Positions 8,936 through 18,695 of a stretch of DNA of 32,949 bases are shown one piece after another (the stretch's first letter is position 1; every line of letters starts with the position of its first letter). A program made the translations under genes and the position numbers. The DNA comes from a virus (lineage: Duplodnaviria; Caudoviricetes), in IMG/VR virus record IMGVR_UViG_3300030397_001150, positions 1 through 32,949 of that record. One strand, given 5' to 3'. The notes under the pieces are model-generated. The model worked only from the letters and a program-made list of their open reading frames with translations, was not told where the DNA came from and did no database searches.

Positions 8936-9955
8936 ATGGCCACATTACCTTTTAATATCACCGACCTTAATTCTGTACTTGGAGCCTATGCCCGAGAAAA
9001 TACAGGAGATATTGTCATGGATATCATCTATGATCCCAGTCGATCAAGAGAATCCATAACTGCCTGGGATCTGATGGAGCGTGTTGTCGTTCGGGATGAG
9101 CGAGCCTGGGCTACTGCTGATTTTGACCCAGAGGTTCAAGAGGCAGACCTTGCATTTTCTGATCAGGGTAGCATCATCACTGTTGATGGCAGGATTCTCA
9201 AAATGCGCTATATGAGAAGTGACTTCAAAATTGAAGTTCACAAGCTGTACAACAGCTGGCTTTCCCATGTCGAAACAGAATCCTATCACAACAGATTTGA
9301 TGCTGGAGATCTTACTGCAGCAATGACTGCATTCGGGGCATGGATTTTTGAGAACACAATCAAAAAGTTCATGGAGAAGTTTATGCTGCAGACCTCCTTC
9401 CAGGGAGAATATGCTGCCGGCTTCACTGCTGTTGCTGGACAGTCATTCAATGATGCAGCAGATGGTTTCCTGAAACTGGTAACTGATGCCATCACTGCAG
9501 TGGACATCCCAGCTGCCCAGGTAGTAGCTGCAGGTGGTCCTTTGACAAATCTAAATTCCTATGGCCATTATGAAGATTTAGGGAAAGCGATTCCTGTCAA
9601 TCTTTATTATGAAGATATGTTCCTGCATGCTGCAGTGAAGAATTCGCGGAACTACAATGCGAATTTCAAATCTGCCAATCCAGGTGCAAACAGGAATATC
9701 CATGATATGTACAAGCGTACTGCATTGGAAGACGTTGAAAATTGTGTGATTGTTCCAACACCAGAAATGGGCACCAGGGACACAACCTTCATTACTCCTC
9801 GAAACAATATGATTTGGGCGTCAAACTTTGACTCCATGCCACCTGAAATCTACACATCTGTGTCAGATGATCCTTTGGTAATAAACTGTACCCTTCGATA
9901 CGGTGCAGGATTTGGCTTCAAACGATATGACTGGATAGTCGCAAACGATCAGTAA
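8936..9955 (+). CDS. Major capsid protein
   Basis: 339 aa directly after protease/scaffold; DAADGFLKLV motif; size and position typical of an HK97-fold capsid. Confidence 0.75.
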   Translation: MATLPFNITDLNSVLGAYARENTGDIVMDIIYDPSRSRESITAWDLMERVVVRDERAWATADFDPEVQEADLAFSDQGSIITVDGRILKMRYMRSDFKIEVHKLYNSWLSHVETESYHNRFDAGDLTAAMTAFGAWIFENTIKKFMEKFMLQTSFQGEYAAGFTAVAGQSFNDAADGFLKLVTDAITAVDIPAAQVVAAGGPLTNLNSYGHYEDLGKAIPVNLYYEDMFLHAAVKNSRNYNANFKSANPGANRNIHDMYKRTALEDVENCVIVPTPEMGTRDTTFITPRNNMIWASNFDSMPPEIYTSVSDDPLVINCTLRYGAGFGFKRYDWIVANDQ

Positions 9956-9958
9956 ACA

Positions 9959-10396
9959 ATGGGATATATAGCACTTATCACCGTCCCCGTTGACGGAAAC
10001 ACTCACAACGTTGCTTTCAAGCTCACTGGATTCAGATCTTCTGTTTTGGGAGAAGGTCCAGTTGACATTGCTGCAATTGTCGAAGCTGACAAGGAACTGC
10101 TAGAGGATTGGAAAGCTACCAAGGCTGCAAAGAAAAAGTCAGAGCTGGAGGTTGAAATGATTCTGCCTGCTTTTATCTCTGGATATGTTGAAGCTGGCCA
10201 GACTACCAACCGGATTTTTGACATCCTGGATGATGAAACCTTTGCCAATGCCTCAATTGGTGAAAGCAAGCTGGATCTCTCAAAGCAGATCGAAGCAAAA
10301 GACAAGGAAATTGAAGTTCTCAAAGCCAAGTTATTGGAATCTGAGGCTGCAAAGACAAATGAAGATCCCAAAAGTGAAACCCCTAAAGAAGAATAA
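9959..10396 (+). CDS. Hypothetical protein (head module)
   Basis: 145 aa, acidic with coiled coil, tightly packed between capsid and tail tube genes. Confidence 0.7.
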   Translation: MGYIALITVPVDGNTHNVAFKLTGFRSSVLGEGPVDIAAIVEADKELLEDWKATKAAKKKSELEVEMILPAFISGYVEAGQTTNRIFDILDDETFANASIGESKLDLSKQIEAKDKEIEVLKAKLLESEAAKTNEDPKSETPKEE

Positions 10397-10398
10397 TA

Positions 10399-10920
10399 AT
10401 GAGTTGCGTACAAGTACTAGAACTTACTGAGCTCCAGTGCGGAGATAATGAAGCTGGGGTTACCACGGTGAACATCATCAATCATGAAGATTTGGTTTTC
10501 CCACTTCCTGCAGTTGATGCTGCTCCAGACGACTGGACCATTAGTGTAGACCTATCTTTGGTAGATGCTGCTACAGCTGGATTTGTTACCTGGACATTCA
10601 AGGAAGATGATGCAGAGTACATTGAAAATGCCAATGACAATGGCAACTATGAATGTACTTTGACCATGACCCTTCCCAAGGATGATGAAACTAAGCGAAA
10701 TTTGTTCAGAAAAATGAACAATACCTGCTGCCGGTATGCTGTGATCGTTACCGACAAAAATGGTCATACCAAGCTCCAGACAGATCTTACCTTCAAGGAT
10801 AATTTCACGACTGGTAAGGGAGGCACGAATAATGACACGAACCAGTACACTGTTACCCTGACCAGAACAGGCACAAAGGCCTATACTTATGAGGGAACAG
10901 TTCCTGTTCAAACTCCTTAA
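10399..10920 (+). CDS. Putative major tail tube protein
   Basis: 173 aa, beta-rich and acidic, with CGDNEAGV, IVTDKNG and YTYEG motifs, in the capsid operon. Confidence 0.6.
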   Translation: MSCVQVLELTELQCGDNEAGVTTVNIINHEDLVFPLPAVDAAPDDWTISVDLSLVDAATAGFVTWTFKEDDAEYIENANDNGNYECTLTMTLPKDDETKRNLFRKMNNTCCRYAVIVTDKNGHTKLQTDLTFKDNFTTGKGGTNNDTNQYTVTLTRTGTKAYTYEGTVPVQTP

Positions 10921-10946
10921 TTTTCACTTGAAACAGAAGAAGAATC

Positions 10947-11234
10947 ATGAAGAATCTCATTAAATATGAATTAACAGATGAAGGGAAAAAGCATCTTCCA
11001 AAGGAAGGTCCAGTTTCCCGTGAAAATCGAGGTGCCAAACTGATCATTGCTGGGAACAAGAAAGGAGATCCTTACTTTGAGGGATATCTTTCAACCTTGA
11101 CAGACTACCAGGCACAAGCTTTGCTTGACAGGAAAGATGGTAGAGGTGCCAAGTATGTGAAGCTGAAATCCTCAGCAAAATCATCATCTTCAGGCACATC
11201 AGGCAGTCAAAAAAAGACTGGAGAGAAAATTTGA
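10947..11234 (+). CDS. Hypothetical protein
   Basis: 95-aa basic ORF ending the capsid operon before a terminator. Confidence 0.65.
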   Translation: MKNLIKYELTDEGKKHLPKEGPVSRENRGAKLIIAGNKKGDPYFEGYLSTLTDYQAQALLDRKDGRGAKYVKLKSSAKSSSSGTSGSQKKTGEKI

Positions 11235-11270
11235 TAATCGTTGAAACTGGAAATTCATAGCGCTAGGGCG

Positions 11271-11303
11271 AAAAAACCTGGGATAAATTCCTGGGTTTTT
11301 TTT
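11271..11303 (+). terminator. Rho-independent terminator of the capsid operon
   Basis: AAAAAACCTGGGA-taaat-TCCTGGGTTTTTTTT stem with G-U pairs and T run. Confidence 0.7.
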
Positions 11304-11486
11304 ATCCCATAAAATTCATGGGATAATCCCGGGATAAAACTATACAAAAAGAATCAGCCTCAGCTATATGCTGAGGCTGATTTTGTTAGGAATTTCTTCC
11401 TCGGCGGTCCGGACGAGAGAGCTCGCCTATTTTCAATCTACTGGTAATCAAATGGTTGTAAAAACCAAGGGATAAATGAGGGATAA
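11280..11486. mobile_element. attP: tRNA-Asp 3'-end core with integrase arm-type repeats
   Basis: Core 11403-11418 reads TCTCGTCCGGACCGCC on the minus strand, like a tRNA-Asp T-stem/acceptor end. GGGATAA at 11280, 11302 (inverted), 11320, 11331, 11469, 11480; IHF consensus AATCAAATGGTTG at 11446-11458; abuts the integrase stop. Confidence 0.75.
11346..11384 (-). terminator. Terminator hairpin downstream of the att core (possibly bidirectional)
   Basis: Perfect 13-bp stem AATCAGCCTCAGC-tatat-GCTGAGGCTGATT flanked by A and T runs. Confidence 0.8.
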
Positions 11487-11488
11487 AA

Positions 11489-12682
11489 TCACAGGAACTC
11501 CCCAAAAACCTTCTCCATTTGTCTGAATTTATGGGACTCAGAAAGGTGAATATATTTAGCTGTTGTTTCGATTTTACTATGCCCCATTAACTGCATCAAG
11601 GTCATGATATCTCCTCCTGTTTCTTCTGCGTATAGGGTGCCAAATGTGTCCCTGGCCACCTTGGATGTTAGCTTGATTTTGAAGTTCAAATGCTTTCCAA
11701 TCAGCTTCAGCTCTCTGTTAAAATAAGGCTCACTGAAAGTCTTGAATACCAGCCCACTAGTCTGGGGATCCCCTAAAAACTTTGAAAGAATAGGCATGAC
11801 TGGAATGGTAACCTGGCGCTGATATCTTCTCTGTTTATTTCTCACATAGGTAAGCACCCCTTCTCTGATCTGAGTCCAGTCAAGATCCTGGGCATCTGTG
11901 TAACTCATTCCGCTGAAACACATACCCAGAAAACAACGCATAACTTCATGCCACCTTGATGGGGTATTCAAGGGATGATCATACAATTCCACCAGGTTCA
12001 TCAATTCTCCCTTCCGAAGGAATGGTGCTTCAGGATGTGAGATCTTTGTCACAATCTTGGGCATATCGAATTCAATCCCATCACCCTGGGCAATATTTAA
12101 GTAAGCACGAATTATTTTTGATGCGTTATTCCTTGGACCTGCTCCATCATTCACCAGTTTTTCTCCTACCTCCTGCCTGAGTTTTCTCAAATGCCACAGA
12201 TCAAAATCTTCCAAAAACAATTTATCAATGATCTGAAAAGGAATTTTTTTACGAAATCCAGAAAGCTTTTTCCAGACCCCTTTATGCTTTATATAGGTTG
12301 ACCTGGTTATTTCTCCCAATTCAAATCTTCGCTCAATTTTAATGTTCAAAAATTGCAAAAAGTCTTTCCTACTTCCCGGGTTATGATATTCCTGCAGGAA
12401 GACTTCAATTGACAGAGGCATGTCACGCCTTCTGTAATACTTGAAAATATCGTTGGCGTTTGCCACTCTCTGCCTGATCTCAACATTTAAGTCATTATGA
12501 TCAGGATGTGATTTCCTGATTTTTCTTGCCTCATCATTCCAATGTCTAGGCTCGATGTAAATCCCTGTTGAGATCTTCCTCTGATCCGAGTTGATACCCA
12601 CAAGCAAAATCACGGGAGCCTTTCCATCCTTTTTCCTAATAGACTCTTTTCTGATGTGAGGGCTCACAGAATAGGTTTCCAT
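11489..12682 (-). CDS. int: Phage integrase (tyrosine recombinase, Bacteroidetes type)
   Basis: Arm-binding N-terminus (KKDGKAPV...RKISTGIYIEPRHWN), SAM-like core, catalytic CFSGMSYTD, KVARDTF and LMGHSKIETTAKY; ATG overlaps the repressor stop. Confidence 0.92.
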   Translation of the reverse strand: METYSVSPHIRKESIRKKDGKAPVILLVGINSDQRKISTGIYIEPRHWNDEARKIRKSHPDHNDLNVEIRQRVANANDIFKYYRRRDMPLSIEVFLQEYHNPGSRKDFLQFLNIKIERRFELGEITRSTYIKHKGVWKKLSGFRKKIPFQIIDKLFLEDFDLWHLRKLRQEVGEKLVNDGAGPRNNASKIIRAYLNIAQGDGIEFDMPKIVTKISHPEAPFLRKGELMNLVELYDHPLNTPSRWHEVMRCFLGMCFSGMSYTDAQDLDWTQIREGVLTYVRNKQRRYQRQVTIPVMPILSKFLGDPQTSGLVFKTFSEPYFNRELKLIGKHLNFKIKLTSKVARDTFGTLYAEETGGDIMTLMQLMGHSKIETTAKYIHLSESHKFRQMEKVFGEFL

Positions 12683-13014
12683 CACTGCCTAAGTTGATCC
12701 TTCAATTTTGAATTCTCATCAAGGAGTTTTATCACCCTTTCAGCCATGATTGCGTATTGAGCCAAGTTGGGTTCTTTGGAGACTTCTGTGCTTGTTGTCA
12801 TTTCTCCAATTTTAATTTCAAGGGACAAGCCTAAATAGTTGGTAATCGTTTCTACCTCTTCCAATTTTAGATTATTTCGGGATAACCTTCCGCTGAAGTT
12901 TGATGTGTGAAGTCCAAGCGTTTCCTCAGCAACTTTCTGGACACTGAGCGTTGATTTTTTCTTAATGAAGTTTAAAAGATAGGGTCCAATTTCACTAAGC
13001 GGTTTTTGCTGCAT
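12682..13014 (-). CDS. Putative repressor (HTH)
   Basis: LSVQKVAEETLGLHTSNFSGRLSRNNLKLEEVETITNYLG is HTH-like; divergent from the early operon and coupled to int; ATG at 13014 preferred. Confidence 0.65.
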   Translation of the reverse strand: MQQKPLSEIGPYLLNFIKKKSTLSVQKVAEETLGLHTSNFSGRLSRNNLKLEEVETITNYLGLSLEIKIGEMTTSTEVSKEPNLAQYAIMAERVIKLLDENSKLKDQLRQ

Positions 13015-13129
13015 TTGGTACTGAATAATAGAAATGTTAGAAATGTGGTGAATTTTACGTTGCAATATTTGCTATATATGGCAAAAATCGCTAACTATGT
13101 AATCGCATACAGAAATCTAAGAAAAAAAT
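13015..13129. promoter_or_regulatory. Divergent lysis/lysogeny switch region
   Basis: Between divergent regulators; near-palindrome TTGCTATATATGGCAA at 13069-13084; tandem TAGAAATGT x2 at 13029-13046; GCAAAAATCGCTA at 13081-13093 also found at 4185-4197. Confidence 0.55.
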
Positions 13130-13315
13130 ATGCATACAACCACAAAACCTGAAAAAAAGAAACGGCCAAAAGTTGTGCTAGGCACAAGGGTTGATCCTGG
13201 TCTTGTTGAGCTTTTGGAGCAAGAAGCTGACAGAACTGACAGAAGTAAAGGATATGTATTAGACAAGATTTTGAAAGAATATTTTCAAGCTAAAGAATTA
13301 TTAACGGTTGATTAA
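13130..13315 (+). CDS. Ribbon-helix-helix DNA-binding protein (Cro-equivalent position)
   Basis: VVLGTRVDPGLVELLEQEADRTDRSKGYVLDKILKEYF fits the CopG/Arc RHH pattern. Confidence 0.8.
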   Translation: MHTTTKPEKKKRPKVVLGTRVDPGLVELLEQEADRTDRSKGYVLDKILKEYFQAKELLTVD

Positions 13316-13490
13316 TCAGACAACCTTCTCACCTTGCCACCTGATTAAGAAGCTAGAAGGACCCAAGATCAAATATAATTAGATAAAACTCAGCAGGAAG
13401 TTCCTCCCTGCCTGGTATAGCTCGCTCAAAAAATTCCGGTTTCCGTACTGCCCTGGTTTTCAGGCAATAGGATTTTTATACCCCAAAAAA

Positions 13491-16400
13491 ATGACCAAGA
13501 AAGATCAGATACTCAGCAGGGTTGACTCATATGAAATACTGACCCATTTTCTAAATCCATACACAGGAGGCAAGAAACTGAGAAAAAACCAGCATATCTG
13601 CTCACCAATAAGAGAGGAGCGAACACCAAGCTTCTGCATCTGGCCAGCTGATAAAAATACATGGCTATGGAAGGACCACGGCAGCGGTGAATCTGGGGAC
13701 TGCTTTAAGTTGGTCATGGAGTTACATAAATGTGACTTCAAGGAGTGCTTGAAAATCATCGATAGTGAAATGCATCTGGGTTTATATGATCCAAATTATA
13801 CACCACCTCCCAGAGTTAAGATTGAGCCACCTCCAGTAATTGAGAAAAAGGACCGATTTTATGAGATCGATCATGAGGGGTGGACACCAAAAACCCTTGA
13901 CTGGTGGGGAAAATTTGGAATAACAAAAATCACCCTGGATTTATTTGGAGTAATGCCTGTAAAATCTTTCACAAGCACAACGGCCACAGGAAAACTGTAC
14001 ACAATTACGGCAAACCAGAACAGGGTAATATTTTCCTATCAGATATCAGAAAAAGCTTTTAAGATTTATCAACCACGTCAAAAGCCAAAATTTATGTGGC
14101 TTGGGAATAAACCTTCAGATTATGTCTTTGGGCTGGACCAGCTACCTCAAAATGGTGAAGTGGTTTTTTTGACTGGAGGTGAAAAGGATGTGATGACACT
14201 TCACTCTTTTGGTTATCCAGCAATTTCCCTGAATTCTGAAACAGCTACACCATCCCCAGAATTACTCAAAAATTTAAAACCAAGATTTAGCAGAATTATC
14301 ACCCTTTATGACAATGATAATACTGGTATAGAACAATCAAAAAAACTCGAAGCTTCTGTTTCTCTGCCTTTTGTTACTCTTCCAGAATTTGATGGAAAAG
14401 ACATTTCAGACTGGGCAAAAACTGGTCTGGATAAGAACATCATTTCAGAACTAATTAATCAACTTAATGAAAGACAAGGAGAACAGAATGAACAAAAGAC
14501 CCCGAGCAATAAAGAAGAAAATGTTTCAGATGGAGATCAGCAACCTGGAAAAGGGGAAACTGATACGAGTAAAGGTGAACGTAAATCAAAACTGAATTTT
14601 TCCTGGAGTCAATACCGGGAAATTGTTGAAATGGGATTGCCTGAGAATCCAGACTTTACGCAGAAGCAGGACGGTATTCTTGTCAGTTATAAGGAGCTCA
14701 AAGGCAATCCCTATAGAATCTCAGGTGCCCATGGCACCAAGATTGATGCGCAGCGTGACGCTGGGAAGGGAAGACGGATAAATGCCGTTTACCTTCCTCC
14801 AGCTCTCAGGCTTTCAGAATTCGACATTAAGACACTAATTATTACCCAGGATGAAATCACGGCTTGGCTTCTTTCAGAGCTGGGAATTCCCTCGATTGGG
14901 ATCCATGACCCTGATGGATTCTTGACAAGAAGGGGTCAAAAGGAGTCTCATAAACTGATCAAGCACACAATTCGAAAGCACAGATTAAAGGAAGTTGTTT
15001 ACGTTGCTCCATTGACCTGGTGGACCCTGCCTGAAGCTGATAATCCTATCACGGAGAATCCTTATGAACATATTGACACAGCACAGCCAGCCATGGATGC
15101 TGTGGCTGTTCTTATTCGTATTCAAGAGGCATTTAAAAGAATGCCGGTTGATTGTGTTTATCCTGTAAATCGAAGTGATAGCTGGCTGTTCACATTGCTA
15201 TATGAGGCAATGCCATACATTCAACCAAACTGGAGAAAAGAAATTGCTGCATCCATATTTTCAGAGATCTACAATCCAGATACGGAAAGAAGAATTATTC
15301 ATTCCTTCTCCGTAACTGGCGGAACGGCTTACACCTTCAAAGAGCAGTTTGCATTGTCTAGTCCACAGGCATTTTTTGAATTTCATGGAGGAGTTGAATC
15401 CTTGGGGGAAGTTTTCCAGTGGGGGAAAAACGTCTACGAGTATGACAAAAGAGACAGGTCTGTTGAACTAGCAGGAAATTCTCAAGATGCTTATGCTATT
15501 CGTGAGTTTAACAAGAGATATTATGGACAGTCGAAAGGAGGAGGAGAGCAGGCAATATCTGATTTTACTATGAAATATGAGCTGGAGGTAAAACAAGATA
15601 ATAGTTTTCTGCTGGTTCGGTTTAAGCCTATCAGAGGTGTTGACCAAACTGCCATCTTCCATCATAGTGACATCATAAGTTCAGATACCTACAAGCGAAA
15701 GGTGGCTGATATACCAGGTGCAAAGTTCAACTTCTGGGGCACAAAAAGCCAGCTGGAGCAGATCCATGCCATGAATCGTGTTGGCGTTGAGGAAGCACGA
15801 AGCCTGGAAAACATATTGGGATATTCTGACAAACATTCTGTTTATGTTTTTGCTAATGGGATCCTCACCTCAGATGGCGTGTTTCACCCATGTGATACCA
15901 GAGGAATTGTGACCCTGCAGGATGTGAAATATTTCATTCCTGCCTTGAGTGAATTCAATAAAGAAAGCGAAGATTTCAACCTTGAAAGAGGCTTTTGTTT
16001 TTATGAGTCTGGCGTTTCATTGGCTGATTGGTTTGCTCAATTTCACCAGGTGTATGGAATGCCTGGGCACATGGTACTGGCTTTCACAATATCCTCTCTT
16101 TATCGTGACATTTTTAAAAAGGAAGTAGGCAAGTTCCCACACCTCAGCATATTTGCTCCTCCCAGCTCTGGAAAGACTGAATTATCAACTTCCATTCGCG
16201 CTTTATTTGGAGACATCCAGGAAACAAATCTTCAGACAAAGATCAGGGTAGCAGCATTTGAGCGCAAGATGACCCTGCTCAGGAATGCATTGATGATCCT
16301 TAATGAATTTAATCTGAGCAATCCCAAGATTGAAAGAATGGGGATCCCTGACTATCTCAAAGGCACATATGATTTCCAGGGAGGTGAAAAAACCGTCAAC

Positions 16401-17291
16401 AACAAATCAAGACAATCCTTGCCAAACAGTGCCTTCATACTCATTGGTCAAGAGGCATATTGGCAAAAAGAAGCTCTGGTTAAAAGATGTGTCATTCAGG
16501 AGCTCCAGCCAAAAACCTCAAGAACTCAAGAAGAAAGGAAAGCACTTAGAAAATTGAAAGACATGCAGGCTGAAGGAATCTCTCAATTTCATAGCATTTT
16601 TTTCAATCATAGGCACACCATCCAGACGGAAATCAGGTCAGGATTAGAAGAAACCCAGAGAGCCCTGGAGTCCATTCTTGGAGATCCAATGATTGAAGCC
16701 AGACAAATAGAAAATTGGGCTATGGTTTTGGCACCTCTTCTTATTCTAATGGATAAAAAAGCCATTGATTATCCTATGACCAGGGCAGAAATACTGGGCT
16801 ATGCTGCAAAATGCATGAAAGAGCAGGCAGCAAAAATCATAATTGGCGGAGTCCTTGAAATCTTTTTCAACTTCATTGCTAGTGAGTATGGGCCCAAGCG
16901 TCTGCTTGATCACCAGGATGTTTTCCAATACAGGAAGGGGAATGAGATCCGGATTAGAGTAGCCACCTGCTACAAGGCATTTATAAGCTACATCAGCCGG
17001 GAAAACCTCGGGATTGAAAACACCAGCAAGTCAGATATGATTGGAAGACTGGTAAACCATCCAGCTTATAAACATTCAACCACCAATGTGCAAGTTGGCT
17101 ACAGAAAGACAGAATCTGGCCACATCGCCAAAAGCACAATGGGAAAATCCATGCCAGCGAAGCCAGGTGGAACCATCATCGTGATGGACCTGTCAAAGAT
17201 GGAAGGCTTTTCTCTTCCTGATATCATTTGGGACAGCTCAGAAGATTCTATAGAAATCACCCAAGAAGAAGTCAGATATGCACACCATTGA
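13491..17291 (+). CDS. Primase-helicase (zinc-binding-like domain + Toprim + P-loop helicase)
   Basis: ICSPIREERTPSF...WKDHGSGESGDCF (CHC2-like), LTGGEKD...LYDND Toprim, Walker A APPSSGKT, Walker B-like LMILNEF. Confidence 0.88.
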   Translation: MTKKDQILSRVDSYEILTHFLNPYTGGKKLRKNQHICSPIREERTPSFCIWPADKNTWLWKDHGSGESGDCFKLVMELHKCDFKECLKIIDSEMHLGLYDPNYTPPPRVKIEPPPVIEKKDRFYEIDHEGWTPKTLDWWGKFGITKITLDLFGVMPVKSFTSTTATGKLYTITANQNRVIFSYQISEKAFKIYQPRQKPKFMWLGNKPSDYVFGLDQLPQNGEVVFLTGGEKDVMTLHSFGYPAISLNSETATPSPELLKNLKPRFSRIITLYDNDNTGIEQSKKLEASVSLPFVTLPEFDGKDISDWAKTGLDKNIISELINQLNERQGEQNEQKTPSNKEENVSDGDQQPGKGETDTSKGERKSKLNFSWSQYREIVEMGLPENPDFTQKQDGILVSYKELKGNPYRISGAHGTKIDAQRDAGKGRRINAVYLPPALRLSEFDIKTLIITQDEITAWLLSELGIPSIGIHDPDGFLTRRGQKESHKLIKHTIRKHRLKEVVYVAPLTWWTLPEADNPITENPYEHIDTAQPAMDAVAVLIRIQEAFKRMPVDCVYPVNRSDSWLFTLLYEAMPYIQPNWRKEIAASIFSEIYNPDTERRIIHSFSVTGGTAYTFKEQFALSSPQAFFEFHGGVESLGEVFQWGKNVYEYDKRDRSVELAGNSQDAYAIREFNKRYYGQSKGGGEQAISDFTMKYELEVKQDNSFLLVRFKPIRGVDQTAIFHHSDIISSDTYKRKVADIPGAKFNFWGTKSQLEQIHAMNRVGVEEARSLENILGYSDKHSVYVFANGILTSDGVFHPCDTRGIVTLQDVKYFIPALSEFNKESEDFNLERGFCFYESGVSLADWFAQFHQVYGMPGHMVLAFTISSLYRDIFKKEVGKFPHLSIFAPPSSGKTELSTSIRALFGDIQETNLQTKIRVAAFERKMTLLRNALMILNEFNLSNPKIERMGIPDYLKGTYDFQGGEKTVNNKSRQSLPNSAFILIGQEAYWQKEALVKRCVIQELQPKTSRTQEERKALRKLKDMQAEGISQFHSIFFNHRHTIQTEIRSGLEETQRALESILGDPMIEARQIENWAMVLAPLLILMDKKAIDYPMTRAEILGYAAKCMKEQAAKIIIGGVLEIFFNFIASEYGPKRLLDHQDVFQYRKGNEIRIRVATCYKAFISYISRENLGIENTSKSDMIGRLVNHPAYKHSTTNVQVGYRKTESGHIAKSTMGKSMPAKPGGTIIVMDLSKMEGFSLPDIIWDSSEDSIEITQEEVRYAHH

Positions 17292-18141
17292 TATGATTAT
17301 CTCCAGAAAAAAATACAATACTCTGATGCCTTCATCTTGGGCAGATATTGAGCCACAAGATTGGTATGCCATAGCTCCATACATAGCCCAGGATGACATT
17401 TGGAACCCTGAAGTTGCCAGGAGGCTCATCAGGGTAAAACGGCGACTCTGGGGCAAGAAACGAATGAACAGGAATACTTGGAACCAGATTCCTGTTGGAG
17501 GGAAATATGCCATTCTAAATGAGTTGAATTGGTTGGATTCAGAGCTTTGCACAAAACCTCCTTTCCCTTTCATAAGAGTCAACCGGCAAAGGATGTATTT
17601 ACCTGACTCCCATCTAAAGAATTTAACCATCATTGAATTTGCTTTCCTGGATATGTGCTTTCAGGTCATACAGATGATGGAGAAACAAGACCAGCCATAC
17701 AAAGCTGATGATTGGGCAAAAAAACTCTGTGCATATATGTGCAGGCCCAGAGATCGAAGGATAGATCCTACAGACCCCATGTTTTTCTTGGGTGACCAGC
17801 GAGAAAAATTCAATACAAAAATCATAGAGGCCAGGATCCCAGGCTTTATGAAGATGCGCCAATCAGATAAGCTGGGCTGTCTATTCTTCTTTACTCATTG
17901 CAAGCGATATCTGCACAAAAAATACAAAGGCACCCTCTGGCATGATACGCACACCGATGATGGAAAGGAAATCATTGGTGTTCCTCAAAACCAGAAGCCT
18001 GAGCCATTACGCTGGATGAAAGTAATTAATCGATTGGCCGGTGGAAAGTTTGGAGATCTACAGCAGACTAGATACAGCAATTTGTATGATGTATTGGATG
18101 AATTAGCTGATCAGGCAAGGAATAGAAAAAACACCCAATAA
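17278..18141 (+). CDS. Hypothetical phage protein (possible tail assembly chaperone-like)
   Basis: 287 aa with PSSW, LKNLTIIEF and GGKFGDLQQTRYSNLYDVL motifs recalled from Bacteroidetes prophage proteins; function is inference only. Confidence 0.5.
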   Translation: MHTIDMIISRKKYNTLMPSSWADIEPQDWYAIAPYIAQDDIWNPEVARRLIRVKRRLWGKKRMNRNTWNQIPVGGKYAILNELNWLDSELCTKPPFPFIRVNRQRMYLPDSHLKNLTIIEFAFLDMCFQVIQMMEKQDQPYKADDWAKKLCAYMCRPRDRRIDPTDPMFFLGDQREKFNTKIIEARIPGFMKMRQSDKLGCLFFFTHCKRYLHKKYKGTLWHDTHTDDGKEIIGVPQNQKPEPLRWMKVINRLAGGKFGDLQQTRYSNLYDVLDELADQARNRKNTQ

Positions 18142-18166
18142 TATCTAAACCGCAATTTCTACAATT

Positions 18167-18466
18167 ATGGATTACGAAAACCAACATCCAAAAACTGCCC
18201 TTGCATCCGATGAGATTATCGAGATCGTGACGGCCTGGACAGACTTCTCTTATATCGCAGAGAAAGAAACGACGAATGGAAACCGAATTCTTTTCTGGGA
18301 TGCAGGTGAAGACGTGGAATTCTCCTGTCACAGACACATGAACTTGGAAGAATTGATTCACCTGCTTTTCAATCGCATTAGGAAACAATCTTATGAGAGC
18401 GGAAGAATCTCCATGCAAAGAGATATTCAAAAGGCTTTGGGTCTCCACAATTACGGACCGTTCTAA
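18167..18466 (+). CDS. Hypothetical protein
   Basis: 99-aa ORF with A/T-rich leader. Confidence 0.65.
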   Translation: MDYENQHPKTALASDEIIEIVTAWTDFSYIAEKETTNGNRILFWDAGEDVEFSCHRHMNLEELIHLLFNRIRKQSYESGRISMQRDIQKALGLHNYGPF

Positions 18467-18558
18467 TCGCACCCATTTACTAATCCTCAAAAAAATGACT
18501 ACATTGCAGATGAAACATAGCGCACGCAGTAAGCTACAGAATCATACTGCAAAATTTA

Positions 18559-18676
18559 AGTCCGGTAGTGGACCCTTAATGTCCAGACTCCGACGGGAGT
18601 TAAACGAGGGTCGCAGAATTCCACCCAGTCAAGTACTGCGTGGCGCTGTGTTTCAGACAACCGGACTATGTAGTCA
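18559..18676 (+). ncRNA. Putative C4-like antisense RNA controlling the antirepressor operon
   Basis: Closing stem AGTCCGGT/ACCGGACT with internal hairpins; carries segments complementary to upstream (18496-18531) and downstream (18697-18708, 19053-19060) start regions. Confidence 0.6.
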
Positions 18677-18695
18677 CATTCTAATTTTTTTCGTT

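Noticed and set aside
11207-11260. In-frame A-AAA-AAG slippery site near the end of ORF 10947, as in tail chaperone G/GT
   Set aside because: The -1 frame stops at 11260 after only about 14 codons and the tape measure gene is not downstream.
11280-11290. GGGATAAATTC resembling the cassette site
   Set aside because: Belongs to the GGGATAA arm-repeat set and terminator of attP and lacks the invariant CG.
11403-11418. tRNA gene
   Set aside because: Only the 3' 16 nt are present and no cloverleaf can be built; interpreted as the att core.
18393-18695. N-terminal extension of the 220-aa ORF 18393-19055
   Set aside because: Overlaps the upstream gene and the structured RNA; the HNH-like domain begins after ATG 18696. 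A leader from 18495 cannot be excluded.
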